DNA from: Chthoniobacterales bacterium
GTDB taxonomy: Bacteria; Verrucomicrobiota; Verrucomicrobiia; Chthoniobacterales; Chthoniobacteraceae
Direction of reading: 5' to 3'
DNA length: 60,689 nucleotides
NCBI GenBank assembly: GCA_038240495.1
Contig: JBBSDS010000001.1
Location: 1-60,689 of the forward strand
The position numbers and the translations under genes were made by a program. The notes beneath the pieces were generated by a model. That model saw only the letters and a program-made list of their open reading frames with translations, was not told the origin of the DNA and made no database searches. Shown here in pieces: positions 10,229 to 20,275 of the stretch; the stretch's first letter is position 1, and each line of letters starts with the position of its first letter.

Positions 10229-10356
10229 TCCGGGTGGAGCACGCGGCTCGCGTGCGGCGTTCGGCGGCCCGCCGAATGTACTCAAACAAACGTGAACTGA
10301 TCGGTGTTTGCGGCGAGCCGCCGCAAACAGCACTCGGGCCGAATGCTCCACCCGGA
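10229..10356. repeat. REP doublet (REPIN-like), TCCGGGTGGAGCA family
   Basis: Terminal inverted repeat tccgggtggagca / tgctccacccgga with internal hairpins. The same REP lies next to the RAYT domain at 60161-60211. Confidence 0.85.
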
Positions 10357-10369
10357 CATCTGCCGGACG

Positions 10370-12889
10370 CTATTCTGAGCCGAGGGTGTGAATCGTGTTC
10401 ACGACTTCGCTGCGCAGCTCTGCGCCGTCGGCAGATTGGATGCCGAACTTGATCGCCATTTGCATCACCGGCTTGATGTCGGGGATTTCGAGGAAGACCG
10501 ATTTTTTGTCGGCGGAAAGCGTGGCGGATTTAACGGTCAGCGGATCGTGCTTTTTCTGCGCCATCTGCACCTTGGTGAATTGCGCCTCGCCGTCCTTGCC
10601 GAGTTCGCCCGGCTTTTCAGTGGCGTCGAGCGTTGAGATTTCCGGAGAGCCGTAGGCGCTGGACCAAATGTAATTCCACACCTCCACGTTCCAGTTCTGC
10701 GGATCGTTCGCCGTCGCAGGATCGAGCGCACATGTGAAGTCGAGTTTCACGCCGCGCTTCGTCGCGTGCAAACCGATGGGCATGCGCACGGGCGCGCCGG
10801 TGTAGCGCACGCGTTGGAAGGCGCCGTTTTTCACACCGGTCGTCTGCCAGCCGCGCAGGCCGGCGACGTAGAGCTGACCATCTTTCGGATTGAAACGAGC
10901 GCGCATGATGCCGCTTTGAAAATTCAGCGAAAAGCGGACGACACCGCCCTGCACGGAGGGATGCGCTCCTGCGCGTCCCACTTCTCCGGCATTTTGATCG
11001 GCAGGCGTTTTTTGATCAGGGACGCGCGGGAGCGCGTCCCTCCGAACCGCTTCCTTCATCACGCCAAAGACCGAGCAAGTGCCGTAACTCAGGTGCAGCA
11101 GTTGATCTTTCCACGGACCCCACTTGTCGCTCGTCACCCAGACCTGATCGCCGCCCGAGTTGTCCACGCGCCTTGGCAGCCAGCAGAGCGGGCGGTCGTA
11201 GTCGGTCGGCGGCGGGTCGCGATGCGCGAGCGGCACCACGCCGTAGAAGCCGCCGGGCTTGATCCAATTGATTTTGCAAACGGGCGTCCAGGTTCCTTCG
11301 TTGTCGCCGCTCGTCAGCTCGCCATGCGGGCCGCAGCCGATGCCGTTTGGCGCGCGGAAGCCGGTCGCGATCACCCCAAACTTTTTGCCGTCGGCCGAAA
11401 CGCGGAACATGCTGCCGTGGTGCGCGCAGATTTCGTCAAAACCGCGCCCGCCATTTTTCACCGGACCGGCTTTGGCGAAATAGAAATTCCCCGCCGAATC
11501 AGTCTGCAAGTCGAAGACGAATTCGTGAAAGCTCTTCGTCACCATCACGTCGTGGTTGAAGGCTTCGTAGAAGTCGCATTCACCGTCGTTGTTCAGGTCC
11601 TTGAGCCGCCAGATTCCGTCACGGCAGGTCACGTAGATTTCGCCGTTCACGATCTTCAGCCCGAGCGCGTGGTAAAGCCCGCTGGCAAAGCGTTTCCACG
11701 TCACGTGCTCCAGCTTGTCGTCGATCCCCGAGACGATGAAGACATCGCCATGAAAGGTGCAAACAGCCGCGCGACCGTCTGGGAAAAAATCGAAGCCGCC
11801 GACAAACATCGGCGCGTTCCAAGGATTCGGATCGGGGAGCTTGATCGTATCGACGACGTACGCCTCGTCCATTTTGTCAGACACGTCACCTTTCGTCACA
11901 ACGGTCTCCGGCCAGTGAGCGGGCCCGCCATCCATCGCTTCCTTCGGATCACGAATTGCAAGCCCACTGAGCTGTTTGCGGGAGGCATCCAACAGGTTGA
12001 AGACGCGTTCCCGTTCGGAGGTCTTCCCTTGCCAGATATAGAGCTTCGACAAATGCTTCCCATGAAAGAACGCAGAAACCAACCATTGGTGGTTTGCGCC
12101 ACAATGTGTTGCAGAAGAAAAGCCTGACTCAGCTCGATGAAGATCCACTGAAACGGTCGATGTTTCTCCACGTGTGCAAGCATCTAAATTGAAGGAAGTA
12201 TCTTCGCCGGATACGCTGGTCCCTCGATCGACGACCCCCGTATTCGAAGCGAGCAACGCGAAAAACTGTCCTACTTCGTGGGAGAAACTAAGTGTTCGAG
12301 TGACGAATCCTTGGCCGTCAACAATCTCGAAACCTGGTTCTTCAAGTATTTGGACATCGCCGAGTTGCCATTCCAGCACGACGCGATTTCCTGATTGATG
12401 GAAGCCCTTGAACTGCACCTCCTCCTTGAGCAAGGGGCCATAGGTTTCACCATGACGCACGAGGTCGAGCTTTTCGAGATGCGGGTCCTCTTCCGCCAAT
12501 TCTTCATCTGTCTTTCCCTTGCGGATCGGCTTAAAAGCCCAGCCTTTCACAGCGTCGTTGACGAATAATACCTCGCCCATCGCCGTGGGAAATTCACCGC
12601 GGGACATTAGGTTCATCGGCGTCGTGAATTTTCCTGTCCACGCGCCGGCCATGCGGCAAAGGTCGAGGTCGTATGCGACCGCCGCCTCGCCCTTTTCACC
12701 GACCTTGATCGCGATGCCTTTGAGCGCGGTTGTCTTCATCGAGCCATCGGGCTGCTTGCCGACGCCGATCGTTCCGAGAATCCATGGTCCCGGCGCTTCA
12801 CCGGTCGGCGTCGCCATTTTCTGGGCGTGGAGGCTGACGATGCACGCGCCGACCAGCAGCGCGGTGAGCGGGAAGAGGGGGATTTTCAT
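10370..12889 (-). CDS. PVC-type exported beta-propeller protein (DUF6797-like), no cytochrome c domain
   Basis: Signal peptide; motifs AYVVDTIKLPDPNPW, WKRFASGL, DLNNDGECD, GDNEGTWTP, ARFNPKDGQLY. Paralogous to 28149-30764. Confidence 0.8.
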   Translation of the reverse strand: MKIPLFPLTALLVGACIVSLHAQKMATPTGEAPGPWILGTIGVGKQPDGSMKTTALKGIAIKVGEKGEAAVAYDLDLCRMAGAWTGKFTTPMNLMSRGEFPTAMGEVLFVNDAVKGWAFKPIRKGKTDEELAEEDPHLEKLDLVRHGETYGPLLKEEVQFKGFHQSGNRVVLEWQLGDVQILEEPGFEIVDGQGFVTRTLSFSHEVGQFFALLASNTGVVDRGTSVSGEDTSFNLDACTRGETSTVSVDLHRAESGFSSATHCGANHQWLVSAFFHGKHLSKLYIWQGKTSERERVFNLLDASRKQLSGLAIRDPKEAMDGGPAHWPETVVTKGDVSDKMDEAYVVDTIKLPDPNPWNAPMFVGGFDFFPDGRAAVCTFHGDVFIVSGIDDKLEHVTWKRFASGLYHALGLKIVNGEIYVTCRDGIWRLKDLNNDGECDFYEAFNHDVMVTKSFHEFVFDLQTDSAGNFYFAKAGPVKNGGRGFDEICAHHGSMFRVSADGKKFGVIATGFRAPNGIGCGPHGELTSGDNEGTWTPVCKINWIKPGGFYGVVPLAHRDPPPTDYDRPLCWLPRRVDNSGGDQVWVTSDKWGPWKDQLLHLSYGTCSVFGVMKEAVRRDALPRVPDQKTPADQNAGEVGRAGAHPSVQGGVVRFSLNFQSGIMRARFNPKDGQLYVAGLRGWQTTGVKNGAFQRVRYTGAPVRMPIGLHATKRGVKLDFTCALDPATANDPQNWNVEVWNYIWSSAYGSPEISTLDATEKPGELGKDGEAQFTKVQMAQKKHDPLTVKSATLSADKKSVFLEIPDIKPVMQMAIKFGIQSADGAELRSEVVNTIHTLGSE
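10954..11044. repeat. REP-like palindrome inserted in frame inside a CDS
   Basis: 26-bp arms cggagggatgcgctcctgcgcgtccc / gggacgcgcgggagcgcgtccctccg, 24/26 complementary. Confidence 0.85.
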
Positions 12890-13015
12890 GCGGGAGGACG
12901 GGACGCCGATTTAGACAGGCGCTTGCAAGGCGCGCAATCTTCGCAGCAAGCCGGTGTCCGCAAAAAACCTCTCGCCTTCTGCGGGAGTTTTGGAACCCTC
13001 ACCCGCGCTTTGCCA

Positions 13016-13618
13016 ATGAAACATCTTGGATCCATTTTTGCCCTTATCTTCGCCGTGCTGTTTCTCTCGACCGCGCCCGGTCGGGCCGTCAGCACTGTCG
13101 TCATCGATGCCGGACACGGCGGCCACGATCGCGGGGGCGCGCCGGGCCAGCGCTACGCGGAAAAGATTTACACCCTCGACATCGCCAATCGCGTCAAGGC
13201 ACGGCTGCGCGGTGCCGGCTTTCGGGTCGTGATGACGCGCGACGGCGACTACTTCGTCGGTCTCGGCCAGCGATGCGCCATCGCCAATTCCCAGCGGGAC
13301 GCCGTGTTCCTGTCCGTCCATCTCAACTCCGCTCCACGCGTGAGTGCCGAGGGGATCGAGACGTATTTTTACACCCGGCAAAGCGCCTCGTTTGCCGCTG
13401 CGGTTCACCCCCGGCTCTTGCGGGCTGCCGGCACGGAAGACCGCCACATCCGCTGCCGCGGATTTTACGTGATCCGCAATACGCGCATCCCGGCCGTGCT
13501 CGCGGAGTGCGGATTTTTGACGAATCCCGCGGAAGGCGGCCGGATCGCGGGTTCGTCGGCGCATCGCCAGCGGCTCGCCGAGGCGCTGGCGGATGCAGTG
13601 ATCGCCAAGTATAAATAG
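13016..13618 (+). CDS. N-acetylmuramoyl-L-alanine amidase (Amidase_3)
   Basis: VVIDAGHGGHD, FLSVHLNS, PAVLAECGFLTN. Confidence 0.93.
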   Translation: MKHLGSIFALIFAVLFLSTAPGRAVSTVVIDAGHGGHDRGGAPGQRYAEKIYTLDIANRVKARLRGAGFRVVMTRDGDYFVGLGQRCAIANSQRDAVFLSVHLNSAPRVSAEGIETYFYTRQSASFAAAVHPRLLRAAGTEDRHIRCRGFYVIRNTRIPAVLAECGFLTNPAEGGRIAGSSAHRQRLAEALADAVIAKYK

Positions 13619-13627
13619 GGCAAGGTC

Positions 13628-15118
13628 ATGATCCTCACCGGCGCCCAGATGAAAGCGCTGGAAGAGCGCGCCTTTGCGGACGGTGTGAAGGCGGTGGATT
13701 TAATGGAGGAAGCGGGCAAAAAGATCGCGCAGGCGGTGACGCAGTTTTTTCCGGGAGCGGGAAAATGCGTGGTCTTCTTTGGCAAAGGGCACAATGGCGG
13801 CGATGCGCTCGTGGCTGCGCGGCATCTGGCGTCGTGGAGTTGGGAGATCGAATTGCGGCCGGCTTTTCCGAAAGAATCGTGGAGCGAGCTGACCGCGAAA
13901 AAGCACGCGGAGTATGAAGCCTTCGCGGGCAGTTTTGAGGAAACGGTCTGGCGCACGCAAAGCCCGCCGGCATTCGTTGTTCTCGATGGGTTGCTCGGAA
14001 TCGGCGCGGGTGGTGCGCTGCGTGATCCGATCCGCAGCGCAGTGCGCGAAATCAACCGACTGAGGACGACGGCCAACGCCCGCGTATTTGCCATCGATCT
14101 GCCGACCGGGCTCGATCCGGATTCCGGCGCGGCGGACCCGGATGCAGTTGCGGCGGATTTCACGCTGACCATCGGCTTCGCCAAACGAGGGCTGCTGGCC
14201 GATTGCGCGACGCCGCTCGTTGGCCGGCTCGCGGTGCTCCCATTGGACGAACTCACAGCTCGTGTGACCGGCACCGGCGATACGGTTGCGACGCCCGCGA
14301 ACTTAGCGTCGCTGCTGCCCCGTCGCCGCTTCGACATGCACAAGGGCGACTGCGGTCGAGTCGGCATCGTCGCGGGTTCGCGCGGCTTTGCCGGTGCGGC
14401 TGTCCTCGCCGCGGAAGCTTGTGTGCGAGCGGGTGCCGGGCTGATCACGCTTTTTGTCACGGAGGACATTTATCCGATCGTCGCGGCTGGCATTGCTCCG
14501 GAAGTGATGGTGAAACCCGTCGCATCGTATCTCGAAGTCTTCGACACGCCGTGCGACGTGCTCGCGACTGGTCCTGGGCTCGGTCGTTCGCGTCGCGACG
14601 AAGTGCTGGAACTCATCACCCGTGCCGAGCAGCTGACGATCATCGACGCCGACGGCCTGAATCTTCTCGCCACACAACTCGACATCCTCGACCGCTGCGC
14701 TGGCCCGCGCCTGCTCACACCACATCCCGGTGAGATGGCCCGACTCGATCCCGCATCGAAAGGACGTGCGCGCCGCGAAACGGTCGAAGCTTTCACCGCC
14801 CGCTGGCCGCATACGCTCCTGCTGAAAGGCTCGCGCACGCTCATCGGCCAGCGCGAGCATCCCGTTTCTTACAACACGACGGGCTCGCCCGGCATGGCTA
14901 CCGGCGGCATGGGCGACGTGCTCACCGGCGTTTGCGCGGCGCTCGCCGGGCAAGGCCTCGCGCTTTACGACGCCGCGCGCCTCGGCGCATGGCTCTGCGG
15001 ACGCGCCGCGGAAATCGCTCTGGTTGTCGGAGGCGAATCCGAAGAATCGCTCACACCCACCGCGCTCACGGCTCACCTTGGCCGGGCCTTTGAGGAATTG
15101 CGCGCCGGTTGCCGGTGA
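13628..15118 (+). CDS. nnr: Bifunctional NAD(P)HX epimerase/dehydratase
   Basis: GKGHNGGD, DGLLGIG, HKGDCG, LTPHPGEM, ATGGMGDVLTG. Confidence 0.95.
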   Translation: MILTGAQMKALEERAFADGVKAVDLMEEAGKKIAQAVTQFFPGAGKCVVFFGKGHNGGDALVAARHLASWSWEIELRPAFPKESWSELTAKKHAEYEAFAGSFEETVWRTQSPPAFVVLDGLLGIGAGGALRDPIRSAVREINRLRTTANARVFAIDLPTGLDPDSGAADPDAVAADFTLTIGFAKRGLLADCATPLVGRLAVLPLDELTARVTGTGDTVATPANLASLLPRRRFDMHKGDCGRVGIVAGSRGFAGAAVLAAEACVRAGAGLITLFVTEDIYPIVAAGIAPEVMVKPVASYLEVFDTPCDVLATGPGLGRSRRDEVLELITRAEQLTIIDADGLNLLATQLDILDRCAGPRLLTPHPGEMARLDPASKGRARRETVEAFTARWPHTLLLKGSRTLIGQREHPVSYNTTGSPGMATGGMGDVLTGVCAALAGQGLALYDAARLGAWLCGRAAEIALVVGGESEESLTPTALTAHLGRAFEELRAGCR

Positions 15119-15206
15119 CAAAGACAGGCTGTAAATCCGCCGGACCTTGCGCCATACTCGTCACTTGTCTAAAGCATCCCATTCCCCCACCTTGCACCTT
15201 TAAATC

Positions 15207-16235
15207 ATGCAGAAAAACTCCGGCTGTCTTTGGATGCTGGCGGGCTTTGGCCTCTGCCTTGGATTCCTCTTTGTCCTCGCGGTGGTTTTCATGGGCAGCT
15301 CCGGCACTCATGCGGTGACGAAGGCGACCGCGCCGAAATTTGAGGAAGCGATCGTCGTCGATTCCAAGCCGTCGAAGGACTCGAAAGATCCCGACGCCAA
15401 GATCGCGCTGATCTATCTCCGCGGAATCATCAGCGCCGCCGAACCCGGCACGCTCGGAGCCTCGATGGTCGATGACCTCAAGCTCGAATTCGAGCAAGCC
15501 GCGACCGACGAAAAGGTCAAAGCGATTGTCCTCTACGTCGATTCACCCGGCGGCGAAGTGACGGCCTCGGATTCGATTTACAATGCCGTGCGGAAGGTGC
15601 GCGATGGCGGCTTCGGCGTGAAAAAACCGGTCGTCGTTTACATGGGCTCGCTGGCTGCGTCGGGCGGCTACTACGTGTCCTGCGGCGGAAGTTGGCTGAT
15701 GGCCAACGAGACGACGCTCACCGGTTCCATCGGCGTCATCATGCAGACGGTGAACGTCCAGGATCTGTTCGGCAAAGTCGGCGTGCAGATGATCACTTTC
15801 AAAAGCGGACAGTTCAAAGACATGCTCAGCATGTCGCGCGAGATGACGCAGGAAGAGCGGGATTACGTGCAAAAGATGGTCATGGACAGCTACGGAAAAT
15901 TTGTCGGCATCGTCGCCAAAGAACGAAAGCTGAATGAAGACGATCTCCGCCACGGCCTCGCCGATGGACGTGTGATTTCCGGAAAGGACGCGCTCGCGGC
16001 GAAACTCATCAATGCCACGGGCGAAGTTGAAGACGCTTACGCCAAAGCCATGGAACTCGGCAAAGCCAAAGGTGCAGCGGTCATTCGCTACGAGTCATCC
16101 TTCCGATTTGGCCGCCTCCTCCGGCTGCTCGGCCAAAGCGAAAAATCGAAAGTGGAAGTAAACATCGGCAAATCGCTGGTGCCGAAAATCGAAGCCGGAC
16201 GGCTCTACTTCCTGCCAAGCTTTTACGCGCCGTAA
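15207..16235 (+). CDS. sppA: Signal peptide peptidase SppA (S49, short type)
   Basis: DSPGGEV, AASGGYY, TGSIGV, ADGRV motifs. Confidence 0.93.
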   Translation: MQKNSGCLWMLAGFGLCLGFLFVLAVVFMGSSGTHAVTKATAPKFEEAIVVDSKPSKDSKDPDAKIALIYLRGIISAAEPGTLGASMVDDLKLEFEQAATDEKVKAIVLYVDSPGGEVTASDSIYNAVRKVRDGGFGVKKPVVVYMGSLAASGGYYVSCGGSWLMANETTLTGSIGVIMQTVNVQDLFGKVGVQMITFKSGQFKDMLSMSREMTQEERDYVQKMVMDSYGKFVGIVAKERKLNEDDLRHGLADGRVISGKDALAAKLINATGEVEDAYAKAMELGKAKGAAVIRYESSFRFGRLLRLLGQSEKSKVEVNIGKSLVPKIEAGRLYFLPSFYAP

Positions 16236-16238
16236 CGC

Positions 16239-17054
16239 GTGCCGGCTCCCGTTCACATTCCGGCTGCGACCTGGTTCTTCGCGGTCGCTGCCATTTGCTT
16301 CTATGCGCGGATGGCGCGTCGCATCGCGGCCGACGGAGGGAAAGTGCGCACCACGGACCTCGCTCTGCCCGAACTGCTGATGAGCATCGTCTTCGCAGGC
16401 TTTTTCTGCATGACGACGGTCCTCGGCATCCGACGTCACGCCCACGAAGACGCCGTGGTCACCATCGACGCGGTCCTGCCGAATTCGGTGCTCTTCGTCG
16501 CCTTCACCGCCGGGATCGCCGCTTTTCTCCGCTATCGCGGCCTGCGACTCGCGCACGTTTTTGGCCTCGATCAGGTCACGCCACTCGCCGCCATCGGCTG
16601 GGCTTGCGGTCTGCTTTTCGCCGCCATGCCGATCGCCGGCGCTGCCAATGCGCTCACCATCCTCGCGCTAAAAAACCACATCTCGCCGCAGCCGCTCGTC
16701 GAACTATTTAGCCACGTCTCCCGGCAGCACGACTACCTGTCAGTCACAAAAATTCTCGTCTCTGGCGTCCTCGTCCAACCGGCCTGTGAAGAGTTTCTTT
16801 TCCGCGGATTTTTCTACGGCGTGTGGAAGCGTTATCTCGGCGCCATACCCAGCGGGTTCCTGTCCTGCCTGCTCTTCGCGGCGTTTCATACCAGCCTCAT
16901 GGCGCTCGCCGGGCTCTTCGTCCTCGCCGTCTGCCTGAACCTGGCCTACGAGCGGACCGGTTCGTTGCTCGTTCCCATCGGGATGCACGCGCTCTTTAAT
17001 TTCGTCAGCCTGCTCTTCCTCTATACGCAGGCGCAGTTTCCTCTGCCGGCGTGA
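16239..17054 (+). CDS. CPBP (CAAX/Abi) intramembrane metalloprotease
   Basis: EEFLFRG, FAAFH, GMHALFN motifs. Confidence 0.92.
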   Translation: MPAPVHIPAATWFFAVAAICFYARMARRIAADGGKVRTTDLALPELLMSIVFAGFFCMTTVLGIRRHAHEDAVVTIDAVLPNSVLFVAFTAGIAAFLRYRGLRLAHVFGLDQVTPLAAIGWACGLLFAAMPIAGAANALTILALKNHISPQPLVELFSHVSRQHDYLSVTKILVSGVLVQPACEEFLFRGFFYGVWKRYLGAIPSGFLSCLLFAAFHTSLMALAGLFVLAVCLNLAYERTGSLLVPIGMHALFNFVSLLFLYTQAQFPLPA

Positions 17055-17983
17055 GCGCTCCGCGAAAAGTGCGCGCGTCCGGCTCCGCGACGCTCTCCGA
17101 TTTGGGCGAAGATCGCCTCGTCGCCGAACTCACGCGTCACCTCGCACTCGGCCCAGACGTGCGCCGCGGTGCTGGTGACGACTGCGCCGTGATCGGACGT
17201 CCGCGCGATGTGCGCTGGCAATTGCTGAAGACCGACGCCGTGATCGAAGGCGTGCACTTCCTCGCCACAGAAGACCCGCGCCGCGTCGGCTGGAAAGCGC
17301 TCTGCCGGGCGATCAGCGACATCGCCGCGATGGGCGGCGTGCCGGCGCATGCGCTGATCACGATTGCGGCTCCGCCGGAAACGCCAGCGGTGCGCATCCG
17401 CGGCATTTACGCTGGCCTGCGCAAGGGCGCTCGGAAATTTGGCGTGAGCATCGTCGGTGGCGAGACGGCGCGTTCCCCCGGCGCGATTTTCATCAATGTC
17501 GCGCTCACCGGTTGGGTGGAGCGGACGCGTTGCGTGTTCCGCTCCGGCGGCTTGGCGGACGATGCCCTTTACGTCACGGGCCGGCTCGGAGGCTCACTCG
17601 CGGGCCGGCATCTCGACTTCACTCCCCGCCTCGCCGAAGCGCGCTGGCTGGTGGGGAGTTTTAAGATCCACGCGATGATGGACCTGAGCGACGGCCTCGC
17701 CGCCGATCTTCCGCGCCTTGCTTCGGCCAGCCGATGCGGTTTCGAGATTTTCCACGACCACCTCCCGCTCGCGCCCGGCTGTACTTCCGCTCAGGCGCTG
17801 GCCGACGGTGAAGACTACGAACTGCTCGTCGCTCTCGCCCCGGAGGACAGCGCAAAACTCGAGCGCGCGTGGCGCGCGCACTTTCCCAAGGTCGCCCTCA
17901 CGCGAATCGGGCAACTGAACGCAAAATCCAAAATCCAAAATCCAAAATTGCCTCGTGGCTTCGACCATTTCCCACAGCGCTGA
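17051..17983 (+). CDS. thiL: Thiamine-monophosphate kinase
   Basis: [37 protein letters not shown]-terminal GFDHF. Confidence 0.95.
   Translation: MSAPRKVRASGSATLSDLGEDRLVAELTRHLALGPDVRRGAGDDCAVIGRPRDVRWQLLKTDAVIEGVHFLATEDPRRVGWKALCRAISDIAAMGGVPAHALITIAAPPETPAVRIRGIYAGLRKGARKFGVSIVGGETARSPGAIFINVALTGWVERTRCVFRSGGLADDALYVTGRLGGSLAGRHLDFTPRLAEARWLVGSFKIHAMMDLSDGLAADLPRLASASRCGFEIFHDHLPLAPGCTSAQALADGEDYELLVALAPEDSAKLERAWRAHFPKVALTRIGQLNAKSKIQNPKLPRGFDHFPQR
17922..17949 (+). repeat. Heptamer tandem repeat (CAAAATC)x4 inside the thiL 3' end
   Basis: caaaatc caaaatc caaaatc caaaatt. Confidence 0.85.
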
Positions 17984-18383
17984 AGAAACGGTCACCTCTG
18001 GCTGTGCGATCGCGGCCACACTTCGGCGCGGCGACATTCTCGCGCTCTGCGGCGAACTCGGCGCGGGCAAAACGCACTTCGTCAAAGGCGTCGCCGCCGG
18101 TCTCGGCGCGGATGCCGCGGTCACGAGCCCGACATTCACGCTCATCCATGAATACATCGGCGGACGGCTGCCGATTTATCATTTCGATTTTTACCGCCTC
18201 GAAGATGAGGACGAAGCGCTGAAGATCGGCCTCGACGAATACCTCGACGGCGACGGCATCTGCGTCATCGAGTGGGCTGATAAGTTCCCCGCGCTCCTGC
18301 CATCCCACACCCGCTGGCTGCATTTCGCCCACCGCACTGACGGCGCGCGGACGATCGACGAATCCACCGAGCCGCACGCATGA
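17955..18383 (+). CDS. tsaE: tRNA threonylcarbamoyladenosine biosynthesis ATPase TsaE
   Basis: [26 protein letters not shown]. Confidence 0.96.
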   Translation: MASTISHSAEETVTSGCAIAATLRRGDILALCGELGAGKTHFVKGVAAGLGADAAVTSPTFTLIHEYIGGRLPIYHFDFYRLEDEDEALKIGLDEYLDGDGICVIEWADKFPALLPSHTRWLHFAHRTDGARTIDESTEPHA

Positions 18384-18985
18384 TCACGCTGGCCATCGAC
18401 ACTTCGACTTCGCGCGGCAGCGTGGCGCTCTTGGCTGATGACGTCTTCTTGCTTGACGAATCATTCACCGCCGACCGCAGCCACAGCGCCTCCCTTTTCG
18501 CGGTGCTGGAAAGGGCGCGAGCGCTTGTGGACCACGTTGATCAAGTAGCAGTCGGCCTCGGGCCCGGTTCCTTCGCCGGAGTGCGAATTGCAATCGCTGC
18601 CGCCATCGGCCTCGAACTCAGTCTCGGCGCGAAGCTCGTCGGCATTCCATCGGTCGCGGCGCTGGAATCGACGGCGCCTGCTTATGTCTGCGTCGGCGAT
18701 GCGCGGCGGGAAACTTTCTATTTCACGCGCGTGAAGCGAGGTGTCTGCCTCGAAGGCCCGCTGCTCGCGACCGAAGCCGATTTGTACAGGCTGCTGAGCG
18801 CATGGGCAGATTTGCCAATCCTGGTCACTGCTGAGTTGCCCTGCGTCCCGGCCACGCAGATCGCACTCCCATCCGCCACGATTCTCGCGCGCTTCGCTGC
18901 GGATGATTGCGGAATCACGGCCACGGGCGATCTCGAACCGATCTACCTCCGCGAACCGCACATCACGCAACCGAAGCCGCGTTAG
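18380..18985 (+). CDS. tsaB: tRNA threonylcarbamoyladenosine biosynthesis protein TsaB
   Basis: LAIDTST, GPGSFAGVRI, DARR, EPIYLR. Confidence 0.95.
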   Translation: MITLAIDTSTSRGSVALLADDVFLLDESFTADRSHSASLFAVLERARALVDHVDQVAVGLGPGSFAGVRIAIAAAIGLELSLGAKLVGIPSVAALESTAPAYVCVGDARRETFYFTRVKRGVCLEGPLLATEADLYRLLSAWADLPILVTAELPCVPATQIALPSATILARFAADDCGITATGDLEPIYLREPHITQPKPR

Positions 18986-19062
18986 CAATCGGGCATGTCA
19001 TTCTGAGGCTCTCACAAAACGGGTTTTTTGCTGGCAGCGACAATGAACCTTCAAAAAAACGA

Positions 19063-19178
19063 GTCATCCTGAGCGGAGTTCCGTCTAGAGGCGAAGGCGG
19101 GACGGAACGGAGTCGAAGGATCCCGGCGCTGGTTAAGTCGCGGGATTCTTCGACTGTGTTCGCTGCGCTCAGGATGAC
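19063..19178. repeat. Intergenic palindromic element, GTCATCCTGAGC family, between convergent tsaB and ribD
   Basis: gtcatcctgagcg ... gtcgaaggatcccg / cgggattcttcgac ... cgctcaggatgac. Confidence 0.85.
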
Positions 19179-19201
19179 ATTGCATTGAGGGGAAGTTGAA
19201 T

Positions 19202-20275
19202 TCAAAGCGCCCGATTTGCGGGCGGGTATTCGACCTCGCCGGTCAGGCACAGATTGTCGCCGAGTCGCTCGTAACGCGGATTTCGAATCCTGACCGACTC
19301 CGCTGTCGCACCCGCGCCACGCCCGCCAACGCATACGACCGGTCCGCCACAAAGCATCGGCGCGACGTAGAACTGCACGCGCTGAACTAGCCTGCGGTCG
19401 AATGCTTCACCAAGCACCCGCATCCCGCCCTCGATGAGTACGCTCGTGATCTGGCGGCGGCCAAGTTCGCGAAGCACGGCGCGGAGTGATTTGCTGCGAA
19501 AAACGAGTGTGCGCTCGCGGTGCGCGTCGGTGAAAACGTGCGCGCCGTTCGGCAATGAACCTCTCCCCGCGACAATCACGCGCCACGGCTGGCGGGCGCC
19601 CGGAATGCCGCGCACCGTGAGCCGCGGATTGTCGGTGCGCAGCGTCTGCGCTCCGATGAGGATGGCATCGACTTGGGCGCGGAGCTTTTGCGCATCGGCG
19701 CGCGCCGTGGGACTCGTGAGCCACTGGCCTTCGCCCGGTGGACGCGTCAGCCGGCCATCGAGCGACATTCCAGCCTTGGCGATGACGAATGGCATCTTCG
19801 AGACGATCCAGTGATTGAAAGCTGCGTTCAGCTCACGGCAGTCCGTTTCCAAGATGCCCACGGTAACGACGACACCGGCCGCGCGCAGCAACTCGACGCC
19901 GCGGCCCGCATGCGCTGGGTTGGGATCGATCGCACCGATGACCACGCGCCGAAGCCCCGCGCGAATGATCGCTTCGACGCACGGCGGCGTGCGGCCGTGG
20001 GTGGAGCACGGTTCGAGCGTGACGTAGAGCGTCACACCGCGCGCGAGCTCCGGTTTTTTCAAAGCGCGCAAGGCCTCGATCTCCGCGTGCGGCAAACCTG
20101 CGCGCCGATGATATCCGCGCGCGATGATGCGCCCCGCGCGCACCACGATCGCGCCGACCGCCGGATTTGGACTCGTCTGGCCCACACCACGTCGTGCCTC
20201 GTGCAACGCGGCCCGCATGAATCGCTCGTCCAACGCGGAAGATACTTTGGGTGAGGGGGAAGAATTTTTGGCCAC
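19202..20275 (-). CDS. ribD: Bifunctional riboflavin biosynthesis deaminase/reductase RibD
   Basis: PNPAVG, HAE, TLEPCSTHGRTPPC, SLDG, DNPRLTVR, IEGG. Confidence 0.96.
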   Translation of the reverse strand: MAKNSSPSPKVSSALDERFMRAALHEARRGVGQTSPNPAVGAIVVRAGRIIARGYHRRAGLPHAEIEALRALKKPELARGVTLYVTLEPCSTHGRTPPCVEAIIRAGLRRVVIGAIDPNPAHAGRGVELLRAAGVVVTVGILETDCRELNAAFNHWIVSKMPFVIAKAGMSLDGRLTRPPGEGQWLTSPTARADAQKLRAQVDAILIGAQTLRTDNPRLTVRGIPGARQPWRVIVAGRGSLPNGAHVFTDAHRERTLVFRSKSLRAVLRELGRRQITSVLIEGGMRVLGEAFDRRLVQRVQFYVAPMLCGGPVVCVGGRGAGATAESVRIRNPRYERLGDNLCLTGEVEYPPANRAL

